Shown here in pieces: positions 17,766 through 27,023 of a DNA stretch of 64,000 nucleotides. Below the pieces are notes generated by a model. It saw only the letters and a program-made list of their open reading frames with translations. It was not told the origin of the DNA and ran no database searches. This DNA comes from Candidatus Woesebacteria bacterium. Its GTDB lineage: Bacteria; Patescibacteriota; Microgenomatia; UBA1406; GWC2-37-13. The stretch covers positions 11,993 through 75,992 of the forward strand of contig JAGQLS010000006.1 of NCBI GenBank assembly GCA_020429045.1, given 5' to 3'. Positions within the stretch are counted from its first letter, which is position 1. Every line of letters begins with the position of its first letter. The position numbers and the translations under genes were made by a program.

Positions 17766-18386
17766 TCATCTATTGTCGAGGCTGTGCCAAAGAGCGATAC
17801 TGCCATACGATCGGTAAGGCTTCCAATTCTTGATAACCGTTTCGATATTTTGTTGTGTTGGATTTTCAACACCATATACTTTGGTAAATCCTTTCTTAAG
17901 ACCTAAATCGCCAAACGAAAACACATCCTCGCGATGGAGGTGAAATATCAAAAACATCTCTGCAGTCCAGGGACCGACACCCTTGACCTTTGTCAACTCT
18001 TCAACAACCGCATCATCATCAAATTGTTCAAGACTCATCAGATCAATCACGTTATCTTTCACTTTTTTGGCAAGATCCTGCACATATTTTGTTTTTGCCC
18101 ACGACATACCGATATCTCTTAACTGTTGAGCCTCGAGTTTGAGTATGGCGTCAGGATTCACTCCCCCATCAAACAGATCCTCAAAGCGTTTGATTATGGC
18201 GTTTGCTGCTTTGCCTGATAATTGTTGGGAAATGATTTCCCTACATAACGCAACGAAATAGTCTTCATGTTGTTTATTCACTTCGCGTTCTTCGAGCCAC
18301 TTGCTAAAGTCAAGCGTTTCCATCACGATATATATTTTATTATCAGCCTGTTTAAAAAATTGTTTTATGTAGTTATAGTCTTTCAT
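17766..18386 (-). CDS. DNA-3-methyladenine glycosylase II (HhH-GPD, AlkA-like)
   Basis: HhH motif VKGVGPWTAEMFLIF followed by the catalytic-Asp region FSFGDLGLKKG. Confidence 0.8.
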   Translation of the reverse strand: MKDYNYIKQFFKQADNKIYIVMETLDFSKWLEEREVNKQHEDYFVALCREIISQQLSGKAANAIIKRFEDLFDGGVNPDAILKLEAQQLRDIGMSWAKTKYVQDLAKKVKDNVIDLMSLEQFDDDAVVEELTKVKGVGPWTAEMFLIFHLHREDVFSFGDLGLKKGFTKVYGVENPTQQNIETVIKNWKPYRSYGSIALWHSLDNR

Positions 18387-19491
18387 AAAGGAGCGCAGCT
18401 ATGCCAGCTATAATAAGTATCGATTTTGGTCCAAACAGAGGAAACAGTATCACAGTAAGAGCAAATGGCATGAGTGCAACGATGTTCCGGTAAAATTCAC
18501 GGATCACCACCAAACTATGAAAATGAGAGCTTGAGACTTTTTTGGAAATCAAAATAAAGTCAAGCGTGGCAACAGACGTACGGTATCCGGCATTTATTAT
18601 TTGAAAAATACCATTGAACAAGAGGTAAGAAGTGACGTTGAATATGGCTGCGCGCAGGAGCCAGCCCATGGCATAGACAACCGATCCGACATGGACGAAT
18701 CGTAACTTATTTTTTGTTGCGTCAAGAAATGTTCCTACTTTACTGGTTACTACAATACGAATCAAGACCGAGGCAGCAAGCAACAGACCGATTTCATTCA
18801 AAGAAGCTTTTTTCAAAACGAGATACGTCACCAATGGCCAGATAAACGCGTTGAGCACCACAAAGAAACTATCGAGTCCCGAAAGAAGCGTCTCGCGATC
18901 GGTACGCTTGAGTTTGTAGGTTTTCTTGAGTTCGCCAAAGTCCAAATTGACATTGGGAATGCTTCGAATAAAAATAAGCGAGGTTGCGTGGCATACGGCA
19001 ACGTACAAAGCCAAGCCCGGCATGCCAAATTTCCACGAGATATATCCACCGATTGCAGGTCCTATGGCTCGTGTTATATTGGTGACATTCATAAGTTGTG
19101 CCGTTGCATGACCAAGCGTATGTTCGTCAGTTATTTCGCCGATAAAAAACACTTTTGGTAAAAAATAAAATCCTCTCCCTACACCATAGAGCAGGATCCA
19201 AATATTCAAGACATTTTGTGTCAAAGGTAAGGTCAGTAGGAGGCTACTCACGATCATGAGGCCGATACCGGCGTAGTAAAGATGTTTAATTTTGATGTAT
19301 GAAGAAATAAAGGGAACTGTCAAATTGCTCAATGCCTGCAAAGCAAAGATCATCATGTACAAAAGCGCGGTGTGCTCGATAGAGCTTCGAAAGAGTTGGT
19401 AAAAAAGTAAGATGCCAAACGGGAGGAAAGCCATATGCCCAGCAAATCCCAAGGCTTCGTGCAAGAGATAGGATTTGAATCTGGAACGCAT
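18373..19491 (-). CDS. MFS transporter
   Basis: 372 aa, about 12 TM helices, with a GRGFYF-type loop between TM2 and TM3. Confidence 0.7.
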   Translation of the reverse strand: MRSRFKSYLLHEALGFAGHMAFLPFGILLFYQLFRSSIEHTALLYMMIFALQALSNLTVPFISSYIKIKHLYYAGIGLMIVSSLLLTLPLTQNVLNIWILLYGVGRGFYFLPKVFFIGEITDEHTLGHATAQLMNVTNITRAIGPAIGGYISWKFGMPGLALYVAVCHATSLIFIRSIPNVNLDFGELKKTYKLKRTDRETLLSGLDSFFVVLNAFIWPLVTYLVLKKASLNEIGLLLAASVLIRIVVTSKVGTFLDATKNKLRFVHVGSVVYAMGWLLRAAIFNVTSYLLFNGIFQIINAGYRTSVATLDFILISKKVSSSHFHSLVVIREFYRNIVALMPFALTVILFPLFGPKSILIIAGIAALLYERL

Positions 19492-19539
19492 AATTTAATG
19501 GTACCATTCTTTCCATAAATATAGTATGATTTCGTAATC

Positions 19540-20352
19540 ATGCGGTGTGTAAACGCTATCATTACTTGTCCTCCCACCTACTTTTCTATCGCCTACGAAA
19601 TAAATCCATGGATGCATAAAGACGTGTGCGTAGATAAAAACAAAGCCCGTCAAGAATACAAAGCTTTGCAAAAGGTGTATCGTAACTTAAGCGTTCCTCT
19701 TTACGAACTGGCACCTGTCGACGGTCTACCCGACATGGTCTATGCCTCAGATTGGGGGTTTTCCATAGACGATATGTTCATCCGTGCAAATCATAAAAAT
19801 AAAGAGCGGCGACAAGAAGTTGAACATGCCGCGCGATTTGCACAAGAAACGTTAAAAATGAACATTGTTTCTCTTCCTTCGACAATTTATTTCGAGGGTG
19901 AAGGCGATCTACTTCGCGAGAACGGAACATTTTTTTATGGCTATGGTCAACGGTCTCAACAAGAAGCAAAACCGTATTTAGAAAAACTTCTCAATAGCAA
20001 CATTATCGATCTTGAACTCATTAATCCTTCACATTTTCATCTGGATACGGCGCTTGGGATCCTCTCTCATGATACAGCAGTGTGTGTGTATGAAGCATTT
20101 TCTCGGTCATCTCTTCAAAAGTTACAAGACACCTTTTCCGACCTCGTGCCATTACCCAAGCACGATATTCCCTATTTTGGCACTAATTTTATTATCATTG
20201 ACAATCAGATTATCGTTTCAAAAGGAATTTCGCAAGAATTGAAGAAGGTATTTCAATCGTGTGGCTATCATATTATTGAAATTGAAACGAGTGAGTACCT
20301 CAAAGGTGGCGGAAGCATAAGTTGTATGAGTCACCTCATCTACAACTCATAA
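19540..20352 (+). CDS. guanidino-group-modifying enzyme fold protein (amidinotransferase/DDAH-like)
   Basis: CPPTYFSIAYEINPWM N-terminus and C-terminal GGGSISCMS (catalytic Cys motif of the GME superfamily). Confidence 0.7.
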   Translation: MRCVNAIITCPPTYFSIAYEINPWMHKDVCVDKNKARQEYKALQKVYRNLSVPLYELAPVDGLPDMVYASDWGFSIDDMFIRANHKNKERRQEVEHAARFAQETLKMNIVSLPSTIYFEGEGDLLRENGTFFYGYGQRSQQEAKPYLEKLLNSNIIDLELINPSHFHLDTALGILSHDTAVCVYEAFSRSSLQKLQDTFSDLVPLPKHDIPYFGTNFIIIDNQIIVSKGISQELKKVFQSCGYHIIEIETSEYLKGGGSISCMSHLIYNS

Positions 20353-20385
20353 AAATTATATGTTCATGATACAAACAATACGATT

Positions 20386-21129
20386 ATGAAGGAAGCTGAC
20401 CAAAGAACAACAGCGCTTGAGCAAGGGCTAGAGGCTTTAAGAATTCCAAACATATTTAAACTATCGAGAGCGGCAGTTTTTAGTCGTTTTCAAAGCATGT
20501 CGCAATCACTTTCGCCTTTTGCACCTGTTTCGTTTGCCGACGCGGTACAAACCATAGGCGCGGTAATGGAAGTGCTTGATGGAGAAATTGATCATTTAGA
20601 AGAACAAAGTAGAGGTTTGAGAGTTCTTGATCTAGGTTGTGGTTCTCCGGAAGAAGGATGGTATCCATGGCTCTCTGTGGGGCTAGGCTCGTGTGGATCA
20701 GAGGTGGTGGGTATAGACATAGGCAAACAGTACGAGGAAACAGAATCATATTATACACACGTACAATTTGACTTATTAAATCTTTTAGAAGAAGGTGGAC
20801 AAGATAGATTCATTGCACAATTACCAGATGGTTACAGGCAGTTTGATGTGCTCACTGTGACCAATCTCTTTTCAAGTGGGACATCAGGAGCACTAAAAAA
20901 TATTGCACGAGAGAGCAACATGCAGTATTACCAGTTACCTAATGCAATAGGTATTCTTGCTCGAAAGATTCTTGTCCAGGGCGGACTACTTGTCATCGAA
21001 ACGTTTTCTGATAGACGCTTAGTGTTGATGAAATATGAGGACGATTTATTTTTTCTTACTAAAGATGAGGAATTAGATAGAGAGCATTGGAGTACAGCGG
21101 AAGAGCCTTTTAATTTCGAGGATTTTTAA
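20386..21129 (+). CDS. hypothetical protein, SAM-methyltransferase-like
   Basis: RVLDLGCGSPEEG (motif I-like) and LVQGGLLVIE. Starts 33 nt after the amidinotransferase-fold gene. Confidence 0.5.
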   Translation: MKEADQRTTALEQGLEALRIPNIFKLSRAAVFSRFQSMSQSLSPFAPVSFADAVQTIGAVMEVLDGEIDHLEEQSRGLRVLDLGCGSPEEGWYPWLSVGLGSCGSEVVGIDIGKQYEETESYYTHVQFDLLNLLEEGGQDRFIAQLPDGYRQFDVLTVTNLFSSGTSGALKNIARESNMQYYQLPNAIGILARKILVQGGLLVIETFSDRRLVLMKYEDDLFFLTKDEELDREHWSTAEEPFNFEDF

Positions 21130-21143
21130 GTTCATTGCATTTT

Positions 21144-21220
21144 TGGTCGGAGTGGCCGGACTCGAACCGGCGACCTCTACGTCCCGAACGTAGCGCTCTA
21201 GCCATCTGAGCCACACTCCG
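21144..21220 (-). tRNA. tRNA-Pro (anticodon CGG), CCA encoded
   Basis: Manual cloverleaf: acceptor CGGAGTG/CACTCCG, D stem GCTC/GAGC, anticodon stem CTACG/CGTAG with loop TTCGGGA, T arm GCCGG-TTCGAGT-CCGGC, 3' ACCA. Confidence 0.9.
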
Positions 21221-21290
21221 TTTCCGTTTGTTAGATATAGTACGCCATTACTCGCTGGTTACAGATCCTATTATAACGCAAAGCGTATAA

Positions 21291-21450
21291 CTGAGGGTAA
21301 AGAGTAAATAAAAAATAGTAAAAAATTAACAAAAAACAAATAAAAAGAGAAACGAAAAATTCACAACTAACAAGTAACAGGTAACAAAAACATTTATCTT
21401 GAAGCTGGTAAATCAAAACCTTTAGCTTGTAATCCAAAGCTCACAACTTA
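21291..21450 (-). repeat. intergenic repeat element, short form
   Basis: ctgagggtaaagagtaaataaaaaatagtaaaaaa...caagtaacaggtaacaaaaaca. The 22-nt core is identical to 36746-36767, and the head matches 24683 onward. Confidence 0.65.
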
Positions 21451-21572
21451 AACAACTTAAAACTAATTATTTTCGACTCGCTTATGCTCACTTGAACATA
21501 ACCCTCTTTTTTTCGACCGAAACATCTCAAAGTTGGTTCAAAAAACACTGGTTTCATCTCTCCTACTCTCGC

Positions 21573-22139
21573 TTAGTGTTTAAATCCTCCGGGCTTAACT
21601 TCTGCCGGCAGCTCTGAAGTGGCTTTCCGTTTTCCTCTTCCACCGAAAATACTACGTCTTACTTTGCCTTTTGGAGTGGATTGTTGTTGCTGATTTTTTA
21701 TACGTTCTTCCTCTTCCTGTTGACGTTTTTGTTGCTCGGCAATAGCTTCTTGTCTTTTTTTCTCCTCTTCCTCTTGTCGTTCTTCCATGACGATACGTTC
21801 TTCCTCCCGTTTATATTCTTTGTGCCGGCGTATTTTTTCTTGCTGTTCTTGTTGCTCTTCGTATTGTTCAGGATAGAGCTGTTTTTGAATTTCGCGTATT
21901 GCCTCTTGGTCTTGCTGCTCGTATGCGCGTGTGAGTTTTTCCTGGTCAAGCGGCGAATGGTTTGTAGAAGGAGTGGTTTCGTTCTTACCCGATGTTTCAA
22001 ACATATGGGCGAAGGGGTTAAAGACCTCTGCAACTTGGCTCGCGGTATCTTTGGCAAACTCAACGCCGTGTTCAAACGTTTTGTTTACTCCCCAGGGGTC
22101 TCGTTTTTTTTGCTGTGTTTTTTTCTTGTTTTGCGACAT
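21573..22139 (-). CDS. hypothetical E/K/Q-rich charged protein
   Basis: MSQNKKKTQQKKRDPWGV... then a long EEQQEQQEKIRRHKEYKREEERI low-complexity helix. ATG at 22139 lies 5 nt after the upstream stop. Confidence 0.55.
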   Translation of the reverse strand: MSQNKKKTQQKKRDPWGVNKTFEHGVEFAKDTASQVAEVFNPFAHMFETSGKNETTPSTNHSPLDQEKLTRAYEQQDQEAIREIQKQLYPEQYEEQQEQQEKIRRHKEYKREEERIVMEERQEEEEKKRQEAIAEQQKRQQEEEERIKNQQQQSTPKGKVRRSIFGGRGKRKATSELPAEVKPGGFKH

Positions 22140-22144
22140 TATTC

Positions 22145-22453
22145 TCAAGTATACAGTTGTCTTTCCATAGTTCCAATACGTTTTTCATGGTCGTCGAGTT
22201 GTATTTGATCTTTTTGAAGTTCAGCAAGTAGTTCTTGGTGGTTTCCGTCGGTGGTCTTTTGGAGATATTTTATGTCATCCTGATTTTTTTGCACAATTTC
22301 GTGCAATGAAAGAATTTCCTCCTTAACTTCAATAGTAAGATGAACAAGCTTTTTTTCTAACAAATCGATTCTTTTGTCTAATTGATTGATATGTGGAGCA
22401 ATAATGCCGGTCACAACATCGCCGATTCGTTGCAGATCTTGTTTTGTAAGCAT
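22145..22453 (-). CDS. small coiled-coil protein (MLTKQDL family)
   Basis: 102 aa: MLTKQDLQRIGDVV...DDHEKRIGTMERQ. Paralogous pattern to 13772-14101. Confidence 0.6.
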   Translation of the reverse strand: MLTKQDLQRIGDVVTGIIAPHINQLDKRIDLLEKKLVHLTIEVKEEILSLHEIVQKNQDDIKYLQKTTDGNHQELLAELQKDQIQLDDHEKRIGTMERQLYT

Positions 22454-22527
22454 AGCAAAATATTAGGATATTATGGCAGGAAAGTCAATAAGAAAATATA
22501 TGTTTCTACATAACATGCCTGTAGTTT

Positions 22528-22830
22528 TTATATCCCAATTATTGCTTTTCCACGCTCGGTCATGCGATCCATAGACCATGGCGGATCAAACGTCAGTTCA
22601 ATGTCTATACACTCCCCCTCCACTCCGCACTCCTCCAGTGCGTCGCGTATGTCTTTTTCGATAGTGTCAAACAGCGGACACCCCAACGTTGTCAAAGTCA
22701 TGCGTATGCGCACATTTGCGCCATTGATTTGCACATCATTAATCAGCCCAAGATCAAAAATTGAAATATGTAGCTCTGGATCCATCACTTCCATGAGTTT
22801 TTCTTCGATCTGCTGTTTTGTTATTTTCAT
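22528..22830 (-). CDS. DUF59/SufT-like Fe-S cluster assembly protein
   Basis: VMDPELHISIFDLGLI...MTLTTLGCPL is the hallmark of the MIP18/SufT family. Confidence 0.8.
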   Translation of the reverse strand: MKITKQQIEEKLMEVMDPELHISIFDLGLINDVQINGANVRIRMTLTTLGCPLFDTIEKDIRDALEECGVEGECIDIELTFDPPWSMDRMTERGKAIIGI

Positions 22831-22969
22831 GATGATATAATGAAATACAAATAGTGTATATCGTTGCTTATATTAGTTAGCCATAGTAACCAGTAGACTT
22901 CGCAATAGCAACTTCACTTTTGATTATATTTTTTGAACAATTTGTTCCATTATTTTATATTATAAATCT

Positions 22970-24652
22970 ATGAACTTTTTTAACAACACCTACAAACTGC
23001 GATTTGTCCCCCTTGGAGGGGTGGTCGGCGTGACCAAAAACATGTATCTTTATGAATTATATAAAGGAGAAACGCTCCAGGACATCGTGATTGTCGATTG
23101 CGGTATGGGGTTCCCCGACGCCAAAGAGTTTGGTATCGACCTCATCATCCCCGATATTTCGTATCTTGCCGACAAAACCGACAAAATTCGCGCCATACTC
23201 CTGACCCACGGACACGAAGACCATATTGGCGCACTCCCCTTTCACTATCAAAAACTTGGTTCACCGCCGATGTATGCGAGCAAACTGACGAAAATGTTTG
23301 TTTCCAATAAATTCAAGGAATTTGGCGCCAAGATCAATCTGACAGAAATAGAATATCGCAAATGGTACGCGTTTGGCGATATACAGGCACGATTCATTCA
23401 TCTTACCCATTCGATTCCCGACACGACACACATCCTCATCAAATCTCCGGTCGGTACGTTGTATCATGGTTCTGATTTCAAGTTCGACCTTACTCCGCCC
23501 TACACGACCCCACCCGATTTTTACGAAATCACCCGAGCCGGTGAAGAAGGCATCATGTGTCTTTTATCCGATTCGCTCGGCTGTGAACGCGAAGGATTGA
23601 CGCTTTCTGAGTCTATTGTCGGCCAAACCTTTGAAGACGAGATGCGCAAAACAAGAGGGAAATTTTTTATGACAACGTTTTCTTCAAACATTTCCCGTAT
23701 CCGTCAGTGCGTGGATGCGGCGATTAAGTTCAATCGGAAAGTTGTTTTTATGGGCAGGTCGATGCGGCAAAATAGTGAAGCTGCAAAAAATCTGCAATAT
23801 CTCCCGATCCCGAGATCGTTGCAGGCGAAGGAACATGATGTTGCAAAACTTCCACCAAACAAGTTATGTCTTATTGTTGCCGGCTCGCAAGGTCAGTTTG
23901 ATTCTGCTTTATCCAAAATCGCGCGTAAACAGAACAAATATGTCAAGATTACCGCAGGCGACAAAGTGATTTTTTCCTCCGACCCGATCCCGGGTAACGA
24001 GCAGGAAGTATATGCGCTCATCGAAAATTTATCGCTGCAAGGGGCGGACGTCGTATATTCCGACATCCAGGAACAACTCCATGCTTCTGGCCACGGCAAT
24101 CAGGAAGATATGAAATTTTTGGCACGATTTACCAATCCAAAATATTTTATTCCCATCGGGGGTACGATCCGCCACCAGCGTCAGTACCAGCGCCTGATGA
24201 CCGACATGGGTTACAAAGAGCAGACGATTCTCACGCTCATGGAAGGCGACACAGTGGTTTTTGAAAAAGGAACCGCGCGACGAGGGGGGGCGGTCGAGAC
24301 CAAGAACGTGTATGTTGACGCCTATGGTATCGGCGACATCGGCAATGTCGTACTGCGCGATCGACAAACGCTCTCCTCAGACGGGATGGTCGTGTGTGTA
24401 CTGGTTATCGACACGTACGGACAGCTTACCACCACGCCTCGTTTTTTCTCACGCGGGTTTGTGTTTGAGAAAAAAGAGGATCAATTGTTTGACGAAGGAG
24501 CGCGACTTATTGAAAAACGACTGAAAGGTGCGCAAGGTCGCGTGACGGATGTAAACGGTATGAAAAAGTCGGTGGGTACCGATCTTGAAGATTTTTTCTA
24601 CAAACAACGTGGCAGAAAACCATTGATTCTTGTGGATATTATTGAAATATAA
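22970..24652 (+). CDS. rnj: ribonuclease J
   Basis: 560 aa. Beta-lactamase motif LTHGHEDHIGALP, beta-CASP region, HASGHG near the C-terminal catalytic region. Confidence 0.9.
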   Translation: MNFFNNTYKLRFVPLGGVVGVTKNMYLYELYKGETLQDIVIVDCGMGFPDAKEFGIDLIIPDISYLADKTDKIRAILLTHGHEDHIGALPFHYQKLGSPPMYASKLTKMFVSNKFKEFGAKINLTEIEYRKWYAFGDIQARFIHLTHSIPDTTHILIKSPVGTLYHGSDFKFDLTPPYTTPPDFYEITRAGEEGIMCLLSDSLGCEREGLTLSESIVGQTFEDEMRKTRGKFFMTTFSSNISRIRQCVDAAIKFNRKVVFMGRSMRQNSEAAKNLQYLPIPRSLQAKEHDVAKLPPNKLCLIVAGSQGQFDSALSKIARKQNKYVKITAGDKVIFSSDPIPGNEQEVYALIENLSLQGADVVYSDIQEQLHASGHGNQEDMKFLARFTNPKYFIPIGGTIRHQRQYQRLMTDMGYKEQTILTLMEGDTVVFEKGTARRGGAVETKNVYVDAYGIGDIGNVVLRDRQTLSSDGMVVCVLVIDTYGQLTTTPRFFSRGFVFEKKEDQLFDEGARLIEKRLKGAQGRVTDVNGMKKSVGTDLEDFFYKQRGRKPLILVDIIEI

Positions 24653-24682
24653 AACGTGTAACTCGTAGCTCAAAATTTACAT

Positions 24683-24871
24683 CTGAGGGTAAAAAGTAAA
24701 GAGAAAATAGTAAAAAAATGAATAAGTAACAACGAAAAACTTATGACTAACAATTAACAAATAACAGGTAACAAAAACGTATACCTTGTAGTTTGAAACC
24801 TGAAGGTGTATGACGTAGGGACAAGTCGGAGGGGAATGACGGTACTTTAATGATTTCATGATATATTGATT
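24683..24871 (-). repeat. intergenic repeat element, intermediate form (left copy of inverted pair)
   Basis: 24762-24828 is the exact reverse complement of 28308-28374 (67/67). The tail tgatttcatgatatattgatt is the reverse complement of 42295-42316. Confidence 0.85.
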
Positions 24872-24936
24872 TAATGTTTTCTTGATTTTTTCCTAATATC
24901 TAATACCTAACCAACTAATATCTATTTAACTAAACC

Positions 24937-25569
24937 ATGGCGAAATTACCAGCACAACTACAAAACGTAGCACTTTTTTTCGAACGCTTACCTGGCATTG
25001 GCGCAAAAACTGCAAACCGACTGGCGTTTTACCTGCTTCGCATGCCGGAGCAGGATCTTAAGTTGTTTGCTGAAAGCATCGCACAACTAAAAAGCAGCAC
25101 GAAAAAATGTAAGATATGTCTCAATTTAACCGAAACTGACACGTGTAACATTTGCGCCGATCTTCAGCGAGACAAAACGCGAGTCACGGTCGTTGAGGAC
25201 GTACTTGATCTTTTGTCTTTTGAACAGGGAAATATTTATGACGGTATCTATCATGTTTTACACGGCAAGATTGATCCCCTCAATCACGTGGGACCTGACG
25301 ATATCTATATTTCCCCGCTTATCGAGCGGATTCGCGCCAAGTCCACAAACGGTTCGGCTGTTCGAGAGGTGATTTTGGCTACGAACCCCGACATGGAAGG
25401 CGAAGCTACCGCTATGTACATACGCAATCAACTACAGGAACTGAAGGAGAAACACAATCTTACCTTTACTATAACACGCTTGGCCTATGGTCTGCCAATG
25501 GGCGCGAATTTGGAGTATGCAGATTACATGACTCTCGGCAAGGCCCTTGAAAATAGAAACGCTTTCTAA
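24937..25569 (+). CDS. recR: recombination protein RecR
   Basis: HhH LPGIGAKTANRLAFYLL, C4 zinc finger CKICLNLTETDTCNIC, Toprim domain. Confidence 0.92.
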   Translation: MAKLPAQLQNVALFFERLPGIGAKTANRLAFYLLRMPEQDLKLFAESIAQLKSSTKKCKICLNLTETDTCNICADLQRDKTRVTVVEDVLDLLSFEQGNIYDGIYHVLHGKIDPLNHVGPDDIYISPLIERIRAKSTNGSAVREVILATNPDMEGEATAMYIRNQLQELKEKHNLTFTITRLAYGLPMGANLEYADYMTLGKALENRNAF

Positions 25570-25651
25570 ATCCCCTTCACAAACGAGGGCCTGTAGTATA
25601 TAATCAAAAAAATTAGATACACATGTTGTGTGTATATTTTGATTAACTTAA

Positions 25652-26986
25652 ATGGAAAGAGAACAAACAACCTGCCTCCCCGCACCTATTTATAAAGAAA
25701 TGTTTTTGTCTCCCGCTTTTACTGACTCTGATGACGCTTTATTTGAAGCCTATTTTGGTACAAAAAGAGAAGAAATAGAGAAAATTTTTTTAAGTGGAAA
25801 CCAACAACAAAGAGAAGCACTTATGGAAGCTTTAGATAACCGTTTTTATACGAAATTTAAAGCTAGAAACAGGATTAAAATCAGAGCAGAGGCAGAAATG
25901 AGATATGAACAATTAGTTCAGCAGGCAAACTCAATACCTCAATACATAACTGCTTGTTGTTTGCCCGGCCCAGATTGCAATCCAGAAGGATTAGGTAAAA
26001 GTATTCAGAGTGAAACAGATTATACAAAATTATTGGATCCAAGAAATGACGTTTTATTTATGGGTAATTCTCCTGCAGAAATTTTAGCATTACATTACGA
26101 CTCATTAGCCCAAAATGATGTTATAACTGCTTACGAAGCAAAAAGGCTTTTATTGTTAACGTCTTTATTAGAACCGTTTCAGTCAGAAAGTATTGATCAG
26201 GACTTGAAAGGGCTTTTGAATAAAATACAAAGATATGTCACAACAAACGTTTTCACTTCTTTTCCAAACTCAGATGGTCTTTTTGTTGGTTATCAAAGTT
26301 ACACGATTGTTCAGGATAGAATTGATCAAAGTTTTTCTGGTTTATATGATCCTCAAAAAAGATACGACAATAGATATCATAGATTAGTTCAAACAACCCA
26401 ACCAGTTAGATATGCACATAAAATTGGAAACGTGTACATCTTTCCCCGAGAAAAGAGACCCGCGACCGCGGTTTTAAAAGCAATAACCAAGGCAAAAGAT
26501 AGAGCCCCAATTAACCCTCACGATGTTGAAGATCGTTTGGGGATAATGTTTGCCGTACTTGGTGATCCAAATATAAATACAGATACTAAAAATCAAAGAG
26601 ATGAACTTGCAGGAAATGTCTTTAGTGCTTTGATGAAAAAATTTGAAGATAGGATTTCAATTGAACAGGATGACAATTTAGGCCAGAGATCCTCTTCAGA
26701 CAAAATAGATTGGTTGCGTTACCAAGTAAAGATATTAGGCGGTCATCCACTCCATAGACTTGAGCTTATTTATTTTGATAGAAAAGGATTTTTTGATTAT
26801 TATTACAGAACAGGAAGAAAAGGAAATGGAGCCGTTGGGCATCCATTATATGAGATTGATAGAGTTGTGGGGGCCTTCCCATTGTTATTTCCACAAGATA
26901 TTTATTGGAATTTTTATCAAACCTTTAATGTTGAGGGGTTGATTCGAGAAAGAAGAGACCAAGTGTTAAGAAGATTAACAAGTTAA
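25652..26986 (+). CDS. hypothetical protein; C-terminal region weakly RelA/SpoT-like nucleotidyltransferase
   Basis: 444-aa ORF, AT-rich. aa ~265-405: REKRPATAVLKAITK / DVEDRLGIMFAV / DWLRYQVKI / RLELIYFD / GHPLYEIDR follow the order of RSH synthetase motifs. Confidence 0.6.
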   Translation: MEREQTTCLPAPIYKEMFLSPAFTDSDDALFEAYFGTKREEIEKIFLSGNQQQREALMEALDNRFYTKFKARNRIKIRAEAEMRYEQLVQQANSIPQYITACCLPGPDCNPEGLGKSIQSETDYTKLLDPRNDVLFMGNSPAEILALHYDSLAQNDVITAYEAKRLLLLTSLLEPFQSESIDQDLKGLLNKIQRYVTTNVFTSFPNSDGLFVGYQSYTIVQDRIDQSFSGLYDPQKRYDNRYHRLVQTTQPVRYAHKIGNVYIFPREKRPATAVLKAITKAKDRAPINPHDVEDRLGIMFAVLGDPNINTDTKNQRDELAGNVFSALMKKFEDRISIEQDDNLGQRSSSDKIDWLRYQVKILGGHPLHRLELIYFDRKGFFDYYYRTGRKGNGAVGHPLYEIDRVVGAFPLLFPQDIYWNFYQTFNVEGLIRERRDQVLRRLTS

Positions 26987-27023
26987 TTATATGATATCGA
27001 CTACTAGTTGAACGCTTGGGCGG

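Noticed and set aside
21681-22208. 175-aa, 125-aa and 79-aa ORFs overlapping the E/K-rich gene
   Set aside because: These are frame and strand shadows of a purine-rich low-complexity coding region. Only the frame with a sensible N-terminus and operon position was kept.
24677-24859. Similar small ORFs at 21231-21437, 24677-24859, 28247-28474 and 42503-42856 (shared ...VTCYLLIVS.KFFVV... peptides)
   Set aside because: The similarity arises because they translate copies of the intergenic DNA repeat. Some run antisense to each other's context, they lack ribosome-binding sites, and they overlap real gene ends.
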